A stretch of DNA of 64,000 nt, taken from assembly GCA_012295275.1 (NCBI GenBank), contig CM022669.1:11594001-11658000 (forward strand). The letters run 5' to 3'. Shown here one piece after another: positions 12,328 to 25,720 of this stretch. This stretch comes from Chrysomallon squamiferum (taxonomy: Eukaryota > Animalia > Mollusca). Under the pieces are notes generated by a model. That model was given only the letters and a program-made list of their open reading frames with translations, searched no databases and was not told where the DNA came from. The first letter of the stretch is position 1. Each line of letters starts with the position of its first letter. The translations under genes were made by a program, and so were the position numbers.

Positions 12328-13999
12328 GACCAGGTTGTTCCTGATATTTATTTCAACTTTATAATTTCAGAATTTAAATTTGTTTATCTTTTTTAGATGG
12401 TCTGTTCAGTAGCAACATCCTTGCAACCAGAGAAAGTTACCTTTGCAAATAATGTTTCTTTATCATCTGTTGTTTTTTTTTCATTTTGTATTAATGATTT
12501 GATGTTGACTTTCATGTATTGTTGCATGGGTGTTCTTTACAAATACAGTGTTTAGGATAATCATGAGGTAGCATACTCACATTTTTATTCAATTACTTCT
12601 TTGCTTTTATTCAATTACTTCTTAGTTTTCCTTGCTGAAGTATTTTTCCATGTTTTCAGAATTGGCTCTTGTACTGGATAGTACTCTTATTATGATCTTT
12701 CTCTTGGTCTAATGCTTAACTCATTTTTTTCTTAAATTTCATTAATTGCAGATTTAATTATTCTTTAGCTTACTGTCATTGATACTCCAAATTTAAAACC
12801 TTCCAGATTATTGAATTTAGTTTTTGCTTTCAGATAAAGTGACCTGTTAGAAAATTCTTGCAAAAGAATTAAAATTACTTTTGTCAGTATTTGCAGATAT
12901 TTGCCATTGTTGTCTATTTTAGTTTGTTTCATTTTGAAACAAAAGATTTAATTTTAGCTAATTTTAGTATTGCTGCATACAGGTTGAAGTTAGAAATGTA
13001 CTGAGGATAATATAAGGAGGTTTACAGCAATTTCCTTTATTTTTTTCCTTTTCAGTTAGAATGCTGTGATTGAGGTTCCTACAAGTTTTAGAAGGGTAGA
13101 GGTATCTTAAATACTTTAATTGTGACCATGGTTATGATGTGTTTTTCTAATTGGTCCTTTATGGTTTATTTTACACAGGGTAATCACAGGTTTTGAATGC
13201 ATTGTTGAAGGTAATATTGGTAACTGTAGGAAGTTTTGATATCAGTAATATTAAAATTATTTTTAAGACAGTAGTTTAAGGCTATGTTTGTTCTCAAATT
13301 AATGTTAACCATTTACTTATTCTATTTAATATAAAATTAAAAAGTCTTTGCAGTGATAATTCAATAGTTTATAGAGATAATGTTTGAAGTGTTATAAAAG
13401 ACTGTAAGAAATAGTAGAGTATAATTAAAATATGTAAATTTATTTTGTACAGTCTGATTCATCATTATGTGTTGTTAATATTACTTCTGTTTAATTTTAA
13501 ATAATCTATTTTTTAATATAACAAAAATATTTTTAATATTTTCGTTTGAGAACTGGCATAGAGGACTTTATAAGCTTTTGAAAGTTTGAGACAAATATGT
13601 GAAGTTAAATAGGATTCTCACTGAATGGAATCTCTATTTAAGGACTCTTCTGATAAGAATCATGTTCATAATGTTTTAAACACCTGATCAGATCAGATTA
13701 AAAGACTTTTATTGTTACAGAAAAAAACGATAGAAACTTTGGTACAAAATGTAAGAAAGCTTTATAGAAACGTTACTTTTGTCAAACAGAAGGAAGGTGT
13801 CTTTTATCTGCACTTTCTTATGGACATGAAATCCCATCCCATGACCTCTGATAAAGGAGTTGTAACTGGGACAGAAAAGTGATGAAACTGGAGTGAAAAC
13901 TGCACCATAACTGTTTGTGTCAAGAAACATAAATTGCAGGTATAATTTTTTTTTTTTTTTTTTTTTTAAATTAAAAAAAATAAGAAGCGAGACATCAGT

Positions 14000-16900
14000 T
14001 TCCAAATAGAACAAATATTTTATTCTGTACAGTGGTGATTACATTGAAACAAAAACACTTGACACCTGTTCTCTAAACTGGAAAAAACTTTGATAAACAA
14101 CTCAGCTCTGAGGTTTAAAACAAAAACATGTAATGCCTGGATATCGTTCAAAATACTGCAATAAACATAGAACTTATAATAGAAAAAGAACAGCAAAAAA
14201 TACAACATGAAATTACTCATTGCATTCATTTTCATCTTTTTTTTTTTCTCTTTTTTTTAATAATCTATTCATAACATTGAAAATCAGAATATAAAAAAGA
14301 AAAAAAAAAACAAAGAATGAAAAATAACAATCGGCTCTGATTATTTTGGCTGAATAAAAACATTTCCATATTATATGTAGTCAAACAAATTCAAAATTAA
14401 AATCTAATTTCAAAATATTTTACAAGAAAATGACACTGATAACTTGAAAAAAGTGTAAAAAGGCGTATTTCTGTGCAGCATTTCAACAAAAGTTTTTACT
14501 GAGATTTTAAAGATAAATTTAACAAAATGTTTAATAAAATTACAATAATAGGTGAAAACTATTCATACACAAAGCCATGTGTTGACCATAACAAGGATAT
14601 GTCATGATTACAGACTAAATTCTTCTCTTTATAATCACAATGTTTTCTGTAATAATAAATAATATTGGCACACAGCTACATAAATACAACACATAAAAAA
14701 CAGACTAAAGATAACAAACTTTATATGTCAAACATTTTAATACTTGCACGAAATAATATTGTTTAAGGAAACCTGAATATGTTTTATGTTAAGAGTTATG
14801 GGTTTTATTTATTAATATTTTTAGTGAATTAATAATATATAATACAGTTTTTAGAACGAGCTGCTGAAAAAGAAAGGGAGCTAGTTTTTATTAAAGAATA
14901 TAAAATTTATAATTTTTATCAGATCATAACTGAGAAAAGCAGTGTAAAACAAAATATCAAAAGGCAACAGAAAAAAGAATGGAATACACTGTTATAATAA
15001 AATAAATGAAGAGTTAAGATTACATATTCAAAAACAGTGCTAAAGCTCAAATGTTCAAAGTGAAAGTTTCAAAACCACTGAAGAATCTCCAGTGTTTATT
15101 TCCACATGAAATTGTAAGATTTCAAAGTCAGAGGTACAGTGTATATAAACTAAAACATATATAAATATACAGCAGAGATTCTCACATTGGGCTTAACACC
15201 CTTCTGCAATAGTATGAGAAAACAAGGCAATGTTAAAAGCAATATATTTATAAAGTATAAATGCATACAACTACACCATACAGTTCATCATAATTCTTCT
15301 GTCATAGGATAAAATTTAACCAAACTTAAAAATTAAATTGAAATAGAGTGCTGAAAAATAAAAAGGATGATAACCAACGAGTGCAAGGAATTCTAAGTAG
15401 GTTGATTATAATTGTATGTTATTATTCTGGTATAGGATTTCTAAGTTTGTTATTATTTCTTTAAAGCTTGTTGTTTTTAATGGATGTTTTGTAGTGTGTG
15501 GTGGGGTTCATGGCTTTTGTTTCTTCATGCAGTTTACAGTGATATATATTTACACACTGCAGTGTAAGGGATGGAAAACAAGTTTGAAGCAATGAGGTGA
15601 AAAGAAAATAAGCTATGTTTAAAGAAATTGTTTTGCAAAGATAACCAGGACCTACGAGGAACGTAAACTAAACCTGTTCTCTGAAAACTTGCTCATAAAT
15701 AAACTGATCCTATATTTTCAAACATTCAGATAGCTCTTACTGGATAGTTTTATCTCATAACTTTTAAATTAAATTAATTCAATTTTTACTGTTCACATTT
15801 ATTAAACAAAAATAAGCATTTTAGATGATTAGTATGTCAATAAAATAAAACTTTCATATATTATCGATAAAGCTTCCACTCAAAATCATAATATATATTT
15901 AGAATGATACTAAAAGTTTAAACAAATTCACAATGTGGCAAAGCTCATGTAAGCAAAAAAAAAACCCCCAAAAGGTAACAATAAAAATATATTAAATAAA
16001 TATCTGTTCCAAACATAAAAACAGTTCACTTATTACTTCTATTTATGTCAGGTTAAATTTATTAACCATTTTTATCATGGTAAAATTAATAATTATGATT
16101 GAAACAATCTGAAAATTAAAAACAAATTCATTCTAATTGCACATGGAAATTTCACACACAAATTACATGTTCACCTAATGCTATCGCAATAACATGAGAT
16201 ATTCACAAATGGATCAGTGCAGTACATTCACAATGTGACAAATGAAAAGTAACTAACTATACAAAGATATTTATCTGATCTTTGAGCTGTACAGTGGATA
16301 TTTACAGACACGGATACAAACACACGTACACATGGAAGCATGTTGATATGAAATTTAATTTAAGTATAGAAAATAATCACTTTTTAATTTTTATCCATTT
16401 TTTTTTTTAACTGGCCAAAAAGATTTGTTCTGCTTTCTAAATTTTTGAGATTGTTTTTTGTTTGTTTTTTAAACAAGAAGATAATAAAATATTGGTTACA
16501 GACAAAGCAAATTAACTTCATTTTAAAAAAACCCAGCTAAAAACCGCCATGACTCAGTCTGGTTTGTGATTTTCTCCCCACTGATTCAACAAAATTCATG
16601 CTATTTTGACTTTTTCATCTCGTGGGGGAGGGAAATATTGCTATGAAAATTTGCATCATAATAAAATTAAACTTGATAAACAATGGTGATCAGTTTTAAA
16701 TTGAAATTATTATTATTAATCATATTGTTAGAATATTTTTAGTTAAATATTTTGATTAACTTTGTAGATAGTTTGCATTTTTTTAGATTAAGAAATTTTA
16801 ACCAGTTCAAAATTCACTCATAATCTTCTTTAATACTGACACTTGTAACATACTTCAAACAATGTATTTTAAAAGAAAATTAATACCATACTAAACAAAT

Positions 16901-19900
16901 AAGTACTGTTTTACAATAAGACTGACCATATCATTTCATACACAATACATTTTATTATGGTTTTTGCCAAACTACTAATAAATAAATTTGAAAAAAAACA
17001 CAAATTATAAAAACAAAAATTTAACAAAAACAAAAAAACACATACTATTCCTTTAATTATAAAAGTTATTCATATTTAACAGCCATTTATTATCTTGTTA
17101 CAGAAACATTAATGAATTTTCTAGGTGAGGTTTGTGATTAGGCTCTGATTTGTTTTTTAATTTATTTTTATTTTATTTATTATTTCAACTCATAAAACAA
17201 GTTTTTAACTAAAACAAATATTCCCTCAAATGAAAAAAATGCCTCAAGATCATTTTCATTGTACGTAAGAAATCAAATGACGTAGCCAGTTTTCACAGCC
17301 CGTTTGCATATGACAAGTGACTGAGCCAAATTTTCACGTAACAAATGACTTGGTTAATTTTTACTGGTCAAAACAGGTAATAATGTCCATTTTCACTTTA
17401 TAAGTAACTTAGCCAATTTTCACCTAATAAATGATTTGGCCAAAACAGGTAATAATGTCCATTTTATGCTCAGAAAAAGTGACTAAGCCAATTTTCACCT
17501 GTCGAATAACCTAATCATTTCTTACCGGACAAAAATGTAATAATGCCCATTTTTGCTTGATACATGACTAAGCCAATTTTCACCTGTTGAATAACCTAAT
17601 CATTTCTTACTGGACAAAAATGTAATAATGCCCATTTTTGCTTGATACATGACTAAGCCAAAATTTATAAAAACGACTAAGCCAATTTGGGCTATTCCTG
17701 ACTCTGACTAGACTCTAATGAAATTCTCTCTATTTACAATTTTATCAATAAACAGACTACAAAACACATTTTTTTTTTTTTTTCACTGGTACCAAGTTTC
17801 AAACACTCCCAGTAACAGAACATCAACAAATAAAACTGAGACAGTCATAACAAACAACACATTTTTTATACAACTTTCCAAACAGCTAATAAAGCATTTT
17901 TTAAAATGGTTTTCTTTATGCATTTGTACATGTGTTTGTGTGTGTGTGTGGCTGCATGTATAGATGTATTATATCAACTAATTTATCATACTAGTAAATA
18001 AAAATTAAAAAAAAAAGGTATTAGCATCATTCTTATTATTAAATGTTTATATATTAAATTTTATTTAGTTTAGTTTTATTTATATATTAAAAACAATTTA
18101 TTGATTTATTATTTTACTTATTTTATTTTATTTTGTTTTAGATGTTTTATTTTAACTTTTTTTTTAATAATGTTTTAATTTTTTTTAATTAAAGGCAACT
18201 TAATTAACAACATACAGATTTACTGTTTAAAAAAAGAGCATAAGAGAAAAACATTATAAAATGAAATTGAAAAAAATAATAAGATGATAATTTACTGAAC
18301 ATAAATTCTACTTGCTATAAATCCCAGAATATTTCAGAACACTAACAGAAAAGAAAGAAAAAAAATGAATTCGTAAAAATGTGATGTGATATGGATTTCT
18401 GTTACATTCTGCATAATTAAATTTAAAATTCATCAGCAATTTGTATTGTGTAACAAGATTTTTTAACAAAAAAACAAAACAAAAAAAAATTTTAAAATCT
18501 TTAGTAAGAATTTCATTTGGATTAAGAAATATTTTGTAATAGTAATTTAAAATGTCAGATTGTTGGAACGTATTTAGTTTTGTGGAGTTATCTTATTTGC
18601 ATACCTGAAAAAATCTCTATTTTGTAAAAAGAAAAAAAAAAAAAAAAAAAAAAATTTAAAAATCATTTGTTCAGTTATGGAAAATCCTCTCCCAAATTAC
18701 CAACAAATCCTTTTTTAACATTTAAAAACGTTCATAAAAATATAAATGCTTTAAAAATACAAATTAAAAAAAAAACAAATCCTATAACAACCAAAAAAGG
18801 TAATCCCACTGAAAATAAGATCTGAACCACTCAAATGACAGAGTGTTTTACAAAGGTATAAACAAAACTGTATTACTTAAATCTAACAAAGGAAATTTAA
18901 TTATGTGGTTAAAATATCTGTAAACCAAATACCAATTACAGGACAATAAATAAAAAAAAAAATATTAATAATTATAATAAATTCAAATTAAAAAATAACA
19001 AAATATATATACTGAAATTTAAAAAAAAAAAAAAAATTAAAATAAATTATGAGAAAACAAAATTCTTGCTCTACTAAAGATCACGTCACTTGTCCGAGAA
19101 CCTGCATAAAAAGACCACCTGATTTAACAGTTCACTCTTCTTTAGCAGCCTGTGTGTAGAGACCACTTGTTTAAAATGAAAAAGCTTCTTTAAACAAAAA
19201 TAAAACGTAAAATAAATCGTAAACAATTTGTAATTTGTAAGTTTTCAAACTTGATAGAATTTTTGTCAAATTGTTTCCCTCTCATTATACAGACACCTGG
19301 TTAGCTATTTTATTCAAAGACTGCATTCAAATTGCTTGTTCTTAAAACTGTGGTACTTTGTCTCCATGGCAGTGAATGTTACCAAAGTGCTGAGTTTGAA
19401 TGAAAAATGTTTATGTGTGTCACGGTGTCTCAGGAGAAATAAAGACTGTTGTTAGTTTAGGTGTGGCTGTACAAGCTAATCTGACCTGTGATTTAAAAAA
19501 TAAATACTCATTAAGTTGTCATTCATTTTTATTTCAAAAAAAGGGTTTTTTTAATTTAAAAATAAAAAAAATAATAAAAAAATTATTTATTTTATTATTT
19601 ATTTATTTTTCTTTCTTTATTTCTTTATTTATTATTAGTTAAGCATGACTAGCTTTGCATTTCATACAGATCTGATTTTATATATATATATATATATTTC
19701 ACTCAATGATTGTTAAAATTTGTAAGTTAATTTTTTATGACATTGCTTTTAACAAATAAATCAAAATTTAGTACATAACAAAAAAACAACAACAACAACA
19801 CAAAAATCAACAATTATAAATTAACATATACTTAAGAATATAACAAAAACAAATTTCATTCAATCTGCATTAACAAAACTTTTGCATAAATTTTTGTGAA

Positions 19901-20943
19901 CCTTCGTTTCTAAAAAGAAGAAAATACTCTGAATATTATCTTTTATTGTCAATACTTTGAAAAACATTGAAACAATAATTTTTAAATTTGTTTTCATTTC
20001 CTGTCGACTGCATTCTATAACAGTTGAAATACTTCTTCATTTTATTTTATTACATTCTTTCTTTTATGATTATACAAATCTGTAACAAATGAACAATGTT
20101 TGAGCAGTAATATATTGCACACAGATCACACAGGTAACTAAATTACACACCTTTGGAACATCAATACAGGTATCTCAGGTATGAACTACATACCTGTAGA
20201 GGATGATTATTCTTGCTAAAATATGAACTACTTATTGCAATAAAAAAAAGCATGTGTAATGTTCAAAGCAGGAATCAAATTCAATTTGGTTGTTTCTATA
20301 TTTATAATTGTCTGAATTTGAATTAAGAATTAAGTTCAGCAATATACACATTATTTACACAATCTTTTTTCTAAACTAAATATTGCACATTTATCATTTT
20401 GTTCTTTTTCAAATTCCAGAATCATGTAAGGTAAAAATTTGTAATCAGTTGTATAAACACCAACATATTAGAATTTGATGTTTTCATTATGTCATTATAA
20501 GAAAAATAAATGAACAAACAAACAAAACAAACAAAATAAATGAATAAATAAATAAATAAATAAATATCTAAATAATTAAATAAATTTGCATTAAGTGATA
20601 AATAAATAATATTTAAAATAACAAATATAAAAAAATAAATAAATAAATTTGTATTTATTTATTTATTTTTTTTAAATTAAATAAACCAAATACTGATTTT
20701 TAAATGGATTATGTCACAAAAACTCTGCATTACGCATATAAAAAAAAAAAAAAACATCATGTATTCCACTACAATTTCTGGTTTCGGTGTGGATGAGTTA
20801 ATTCTTAATTATTCACGTCAGATTTTTCTTATATCAAAAATCCGGCTATGAACGTGAAACAGATGAGGGAGAAATGAACACGGTGTGAAGCATTGTGGGT
20901 AATCTGTTTGAGCTAGAACTGGACATTGTGCATTTTCATTGGA
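14000..20943 (-). other. Possible long 3' UTR of the Ig-domain gene
   Basis: Continuous U-rich (minus-strand) non-coding stretch after the stop codon. A candidate AATAAA at 14024-14019 is followed by a U-rich tract. Many earlier AATAAA motifs are also possible. Confidence 0.3.
17275..17692. repeat. Degenerate tandem repeat: ~19-nt core tgactaagccaattttcac (~9 copies) organised in an ~85-nt higher-order unit
   Basis: Core seen near 17278, 17318, 17346, 17405, 17432, 17480, 17565, 17650 and 17674. 17480-17564 and 17565-17649 are near-identical. Confidence 0.85.
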
Positions 20944-21062
20944 TCATCTCACAGAGCAAATTGACCAGTACAACCATGTCAACACAACGTTTGTCACCAG
21001 CAACCAACAGTTTGTTGTCGTAACCGACGTTGAATTCTCGTCCAAAATCTGACCACTTGAGC
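20944..21062 (-). CDS. Lachesin/DIP/IgLON-like protein, terminal exon with GPI-anchor-like signal
   Basis: acaattcAG acceptor, phase 1. Encodes GSSGQILDENSTSVTTTNCWLLVTNVVLTWLYWSICSVR*: small residues then a hydrophobic C-terminus with no cytoplasmic tail. Confidence 0.75.
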
Positions 21063-22487
21063 CTGAATTGTACAAATATGTAAAATTATTTTTTTGCATT
21101 AGGAGTTATTTTTTTAACCATTTTTTAGTATCGTTTTATAATATCATAAATACATAAATCTGAATAAATGTTAATGTTTTTTCAAATTTTATTTCTGTTT
21201 TAGTCATTACAATTCTAGAAATATGAATATTTAATGTTAGTAAGCATTATGTGTTCATATATAAATGGCAGAAGCTAAATATACAGGTATAAAACATACA
21301 TGAAGGTGTGTGAATGATACTAAAAATAATTCCATAGACCAATACAACAAAGACAGGTGCTTGCATATTTTATCAAATTATGAATTAAGGCAAATGTTTT
21401 AGTCTTGTGAATGTTAGGAGATTCTATAAACAGTATAAATTTATCTATTTATTTATCTATTTGTTTATTTATTTATTCATTTCTGTTACTATTTATTACT
21501 GTCTATAATTATTATTATTAATTATTTTGTTATTGTAGTTGTTTATTACTATTTGTTATTGTTGGTGTTTTTAAAATTATTACAGTTTATTTTTATCATT
21601 TATTTTATTTATTTATTTATTTATTTATTATCTGTTGCTAGTGTTATTTCTTAGATTAAGATTTTAACACATACGCTAGATTCATCCCACTGAAAAATAA
21701 TTCAAGTGATTAAGATATGTTTTGTTTTTTTCAACAGCTCTGTCAACAGCCTGAAATCTCCATGTAGCATCACAAACCACATGTACTAACAAAAACATAC
21801 AACACAGAACAAATACTAGTCCTTTAACAAGACAATTTTTATACAACCCATTCAAAACATACTAAGTCTCAAAAAATAATTTAGCAAGTTTTTTCAGATT
21901 AATCTATATCAAGATGAATTTATCTACGATGAATACATTTACTGTCTTTATAAATACAAATAATAATAATATGGTTTAGCCGATTTTTCTGTTTAACTTG
22001 TAATTCGATAAAGTTACCTAACATGGACGTAAAAGTTTAATGTGCAAATGCATCGAATAAAATCAGTTTAACAACAACAATAATAGGAAAATACACAGAG
22101 ATCATGACAAATTCATTCTCTTAATGCAACATATTACCAAAATATTTCAGTGGCTGAAATATATTTGTTTTGTGTTTTTTTTTTTGTGGGGGTTTTCTGA
22201 ACTAGAATGTTATTAGTTTTGTTTTCTAACCAGCTTTATCACCAGATCATAATCCCACTGGTTGACTTGTGAACATTATCACAGCAGTCTCAATCCAGAT
22301 CAAACGCTCATACTTTAGATGTTTTTTTAGGACATAGATTTTCTGGAGGATTTCAAATCTGGTCACTGCTGTGTTATCAGTGTGTGGGAAAGTGCAGTAT
22401 TGGGACAATATGGAGACTTGTTAGTCACAAGACACAAAACACAGACATTTCTAGAGCTGTCACAAAAAAACCACACACACAAAAAAA

Positions 22488-22519
<32 letters not shown>

Positions 22520-22877
22520 AAACAAGTGTCTGATACTAAAGCTTTGCAGAAATGAGTACCAGTGAATCAAAACTAATTAAAATGTTTGACGTTTTTAAAA
22601 CAGATGTAGAATATATGTCACTGCAGATTATGTTTTTATATATATATGAATTATTTATTTATTTTAATGAAAGTAGTAAAATAAAATCTGTTCAGTTGTC
22701 AAAATGTTCCAAGAGGGAAAAACAAATTAACTTTGTTTTATAAATTAATAACGACATAACTCAAAGAATATGATTTTGTAATTGTGTTTGGATTCTACAA
22801 TTAATTCTAACAATAACATTAATTATTTTCTTGAGTTTAATATTATTTAAATTATTTTATTTATTTATTTATTTTAA

Positions 22878-22955
<78 letters not shown>

Positions 22956-24160
22956 TAATATGATTTTTTTTTTTTTTTTTTTTTTCTGATTTTTTCTCAT
23001 TTAATCACTGGTATAATCATTTCAGTCAATTAGTTTCATTCAAAGTCATCACTTTATCATTACCGAATTCTAAAAAACAGAAAGATTATTAATTTATCTG
23101 TTATCACATCACTGTTATGTAACTGTATCTTGTGACATACTTTTTGTGCAGACAGATCTAATCACACTTACAGAAAATATTAAATATATTTCTGGTCCAA
23201 ATTGAAAAAGAAATTGTATTATAAATTGTATTTAAATTAAAAATGAATTTTCTTTAAAATATATATATATATATATATAATAAAATAATAATAATAATAA
23301 AAAAAAAAAAAATGATGATGATCACATAAAATCTAACTAACATTGCAAAATTATATTTCTCATGCAATATAACTGAAAACTAAATTTGCAAAAAAAAATA
23401 AAAAATAAAAAATAAATAAATATATAAATTCATCATGCAAAATGAACAAACCATTCCTTTTCTCTCTATATGGACTTCTTCCAAGTTATTTTATCTGACA
23501 ATTTGATTGTTGTTTTTTTCATCTCAAAAATAATTATGTGCAAATAATTCAATTCAAAGTGCAATCTTAATTTTCAAGAAATCCTTTACAATGGCAGCTT
23601 ATCATAAAATGGGTTTTGATATTTTCTCTTTTATTTTTTTCTTTATATATATATTAATTGATTATTTAACAATTTACTGACTTTTTAATTAGTTTTTTTT
23701 TTTTAAATATTCTTAATTATGATAAAAAATTAAAGTATCAGTATTTTTAAAAATATTATTGTTATTGTTATTATTATTAATATTTTTATAATAGGTAACA
23801 GCAATGTGAATATTAGTTCATTTTGAAACCTAATTTTTCAAACTTTTTTAAAAGTAATTTGATAATAATTAAAAAAAAACATAATGCCATTACAGAACAT
23901 TATATTTAAACTTTTTAGTTTGTAAATACAAATTTACATTAAAAACAAAAAAACATTATTAAAATATGCTTGCCAAGCTGTTTACAAATAATAAAATAAA
24001 ATAAAAATAATAATAAAACAAAAATAACTATAACAGTAGTAACGGCTAAAAAGAAGAGTCTAAACCTAAATTTCCAAAGGCAGTTTTAAAAAAACAAAAT
24101 GAAATAAAAACGTTTACTCAAGCAGACAGGAGGATTTTTTGTTTGGCTTGCATATCTTAC

Positions 24161-24454
24161 CAGGACTTAGTTTATAATCCAATTCATTATTATCAACTTT
24201 CTGCAAGTTTCTATCTTTTTGATTTTCATATTGGGAGTGATCTGCCCTTGGAAAGGAAATCCTGGGGTCGTTTGATGAATAAAATGCCCCACCTGACTCT
24301 CCACCCCAGCTCGGTCGCTCTATGTTTTCTGTCCCAGCCCTGTCACCATAATCTCCATTGTGTCCAGGGAGATAACCCGGACCGTAGTCTCGTAGAGTTG
24401 TCGTTCTTAGTTCTTGGGTTGTGGTTTTAGGTGATGGTTTGTATTCTATATATT
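24161..24454 (-). CDS. Lachesin/DIP-like protein, 98-aa stalk exon (Thr- and Gly/Tyr/Asp-rich)
   Basis: ttctttcAG acceptor and GTAAGA donor. 294 nt open in phase 1-1. Encodes EYIEYKPSPKTTTQELRTTTLRDYGPGYLPGHNGDYGD...ELDYKLSP. Confidence 0.8.
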
Positions 24455-24986
24455 CTGAAAGAACAAAGAAATCAGTTAGAAAATACAGTCTGTAGGTCTG
24501 TCTCTAAGTATGTACACACAGCAAACTCTTGGATATTTAGGACTTTGTACAAAGAAAATTCACAAAGCAAACATATTTACACACAAACACTGATATACAA
24601 TATTTTTTATGATTTCATTTAAAATATTTCTTTTGATTTATTGATAAGGATAATGAATTGTGTTGAAAGTAAAATAAAGAGATGAAAAAAAATGTATAAC
24701 AACTCCAAAACAAAAACCATACGACATGTTTATTTATGATAAATAAAGAGAATAATAAAACTAAAAAAACAACAAAATATACACCATAATTATGTGATGA
24801 TTATAATAATAATTGATAATAATAAATATATAAACCACATATACATATAAGTTACACACACACATATATATATACATTTATATATACATACATATACACT
24901 CACACCTATACACACACTGACACACAAACACACATACAGACACATACAAGAACAAAACAGTCTCAAAACAGTCTCAGAACACATAC

Positions 24987-25277
24987 CATATAGCACCATT
25001 GTTTCGAAATCTTTTCCTAGCGGATTCTCAGCCTCGCAGACGTACTCTCCGAAATCGCTGTCGTCGATTGACTGAACACGGAGACTGAGCGTGACGGAGA
25101 TTCTGTCGTCGATATAGAGCTCGGTGCGGTACTTCCACGACTGCTGTGGAATGGACTTCCCATCCTTCTTCCAGCTGGTCACACCCACTGGGTACGCCTG
25201 CACGATGCATTCCAGAATCGTCTCTTTTCCTTTACTCTGACCAATCTTTTTGTTAGGCAGTCGGATTTCTGGAGGAA
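24987..25277 (-). CDS. Lachesin/DIP-like protein, Ig domain 3
   Basis: ttctccAG acceptor and GTATGT donor. Encodes FPPEIRLPNKKIGQSKGKETILECIVQAYPVGVTSWKKDG...DDSDFGEYVCEAENPLGKD, with canonical C, W and DxGxYxC. Confidence 0.95.
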
Positions 25278-25591
25278 CTGGAGAAAAATAGAAAAAAAAA
25301 AATGGTGAAAGTAGTTTTATATCAGGTGGAATAAATAAAATAAAAAGATAAAATAAAAAAATAAAATCTGCATTGAACTTTCTGTATGTCTGTACTTGTG
25401 TTTGAGTCTGTGATTATGTATACGCTTCTGTGTGTCTGTATGTACCAGTGAGTGTGTGTGTGGGTGTCTTATGGATTTCATTTACAATATAATTATATTT
25501 TTTTAAATTTCTTTCTATTAAGGACTAAATTAAAGAAACATAAATATTAGTAAATGTCCGTAAAACTATAAAACATGTAAATTAAACTTAC

Positions 25592-25720
25592 ACTGAACTT
25601 TGACCTCTATTCGTTTTTTGTCATCAGGTGGCACCCCGTTTGACGCGACACACTCGTATGTGTCGTCACAGTAGCGTGTGACGTTGTGGATGAGTAACAC
25701 CTCACCCTCAATACCGATCT
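25592..25720 (-). CDS. Lachesin/DIP-like protein, Ig domain 2 second half
   Basis: tgtgtAG acceptor and GTAAGT donor. Encodes KIGIEGEVLLIHNVTRYCDDTYECVASNGVPPDDKKRIEVKVQ, containing the family-typical CVASNGVPP. Confidence 0.95.

Noticed and set aside
10800-13300. snoRNA host-gene interpretation of the duplicated cassettes
   Set aside because: I found no properly spaced C box (RTGATGA) and D box (CTGA) pairs with terminal stems by eye. H/ACA types cannot be excluded without a search.
24114-24128. CLLE* as a CaaX prenylation motif
   Set aside because: The protein enters the secretory pathway, and Glu is an atypical X residue.
24143-24430. 95-aa plus-strand ORF
   Set aside because: It is the antisense shadow of the minus-strand stalk exon, which has proper splice sites and phase.
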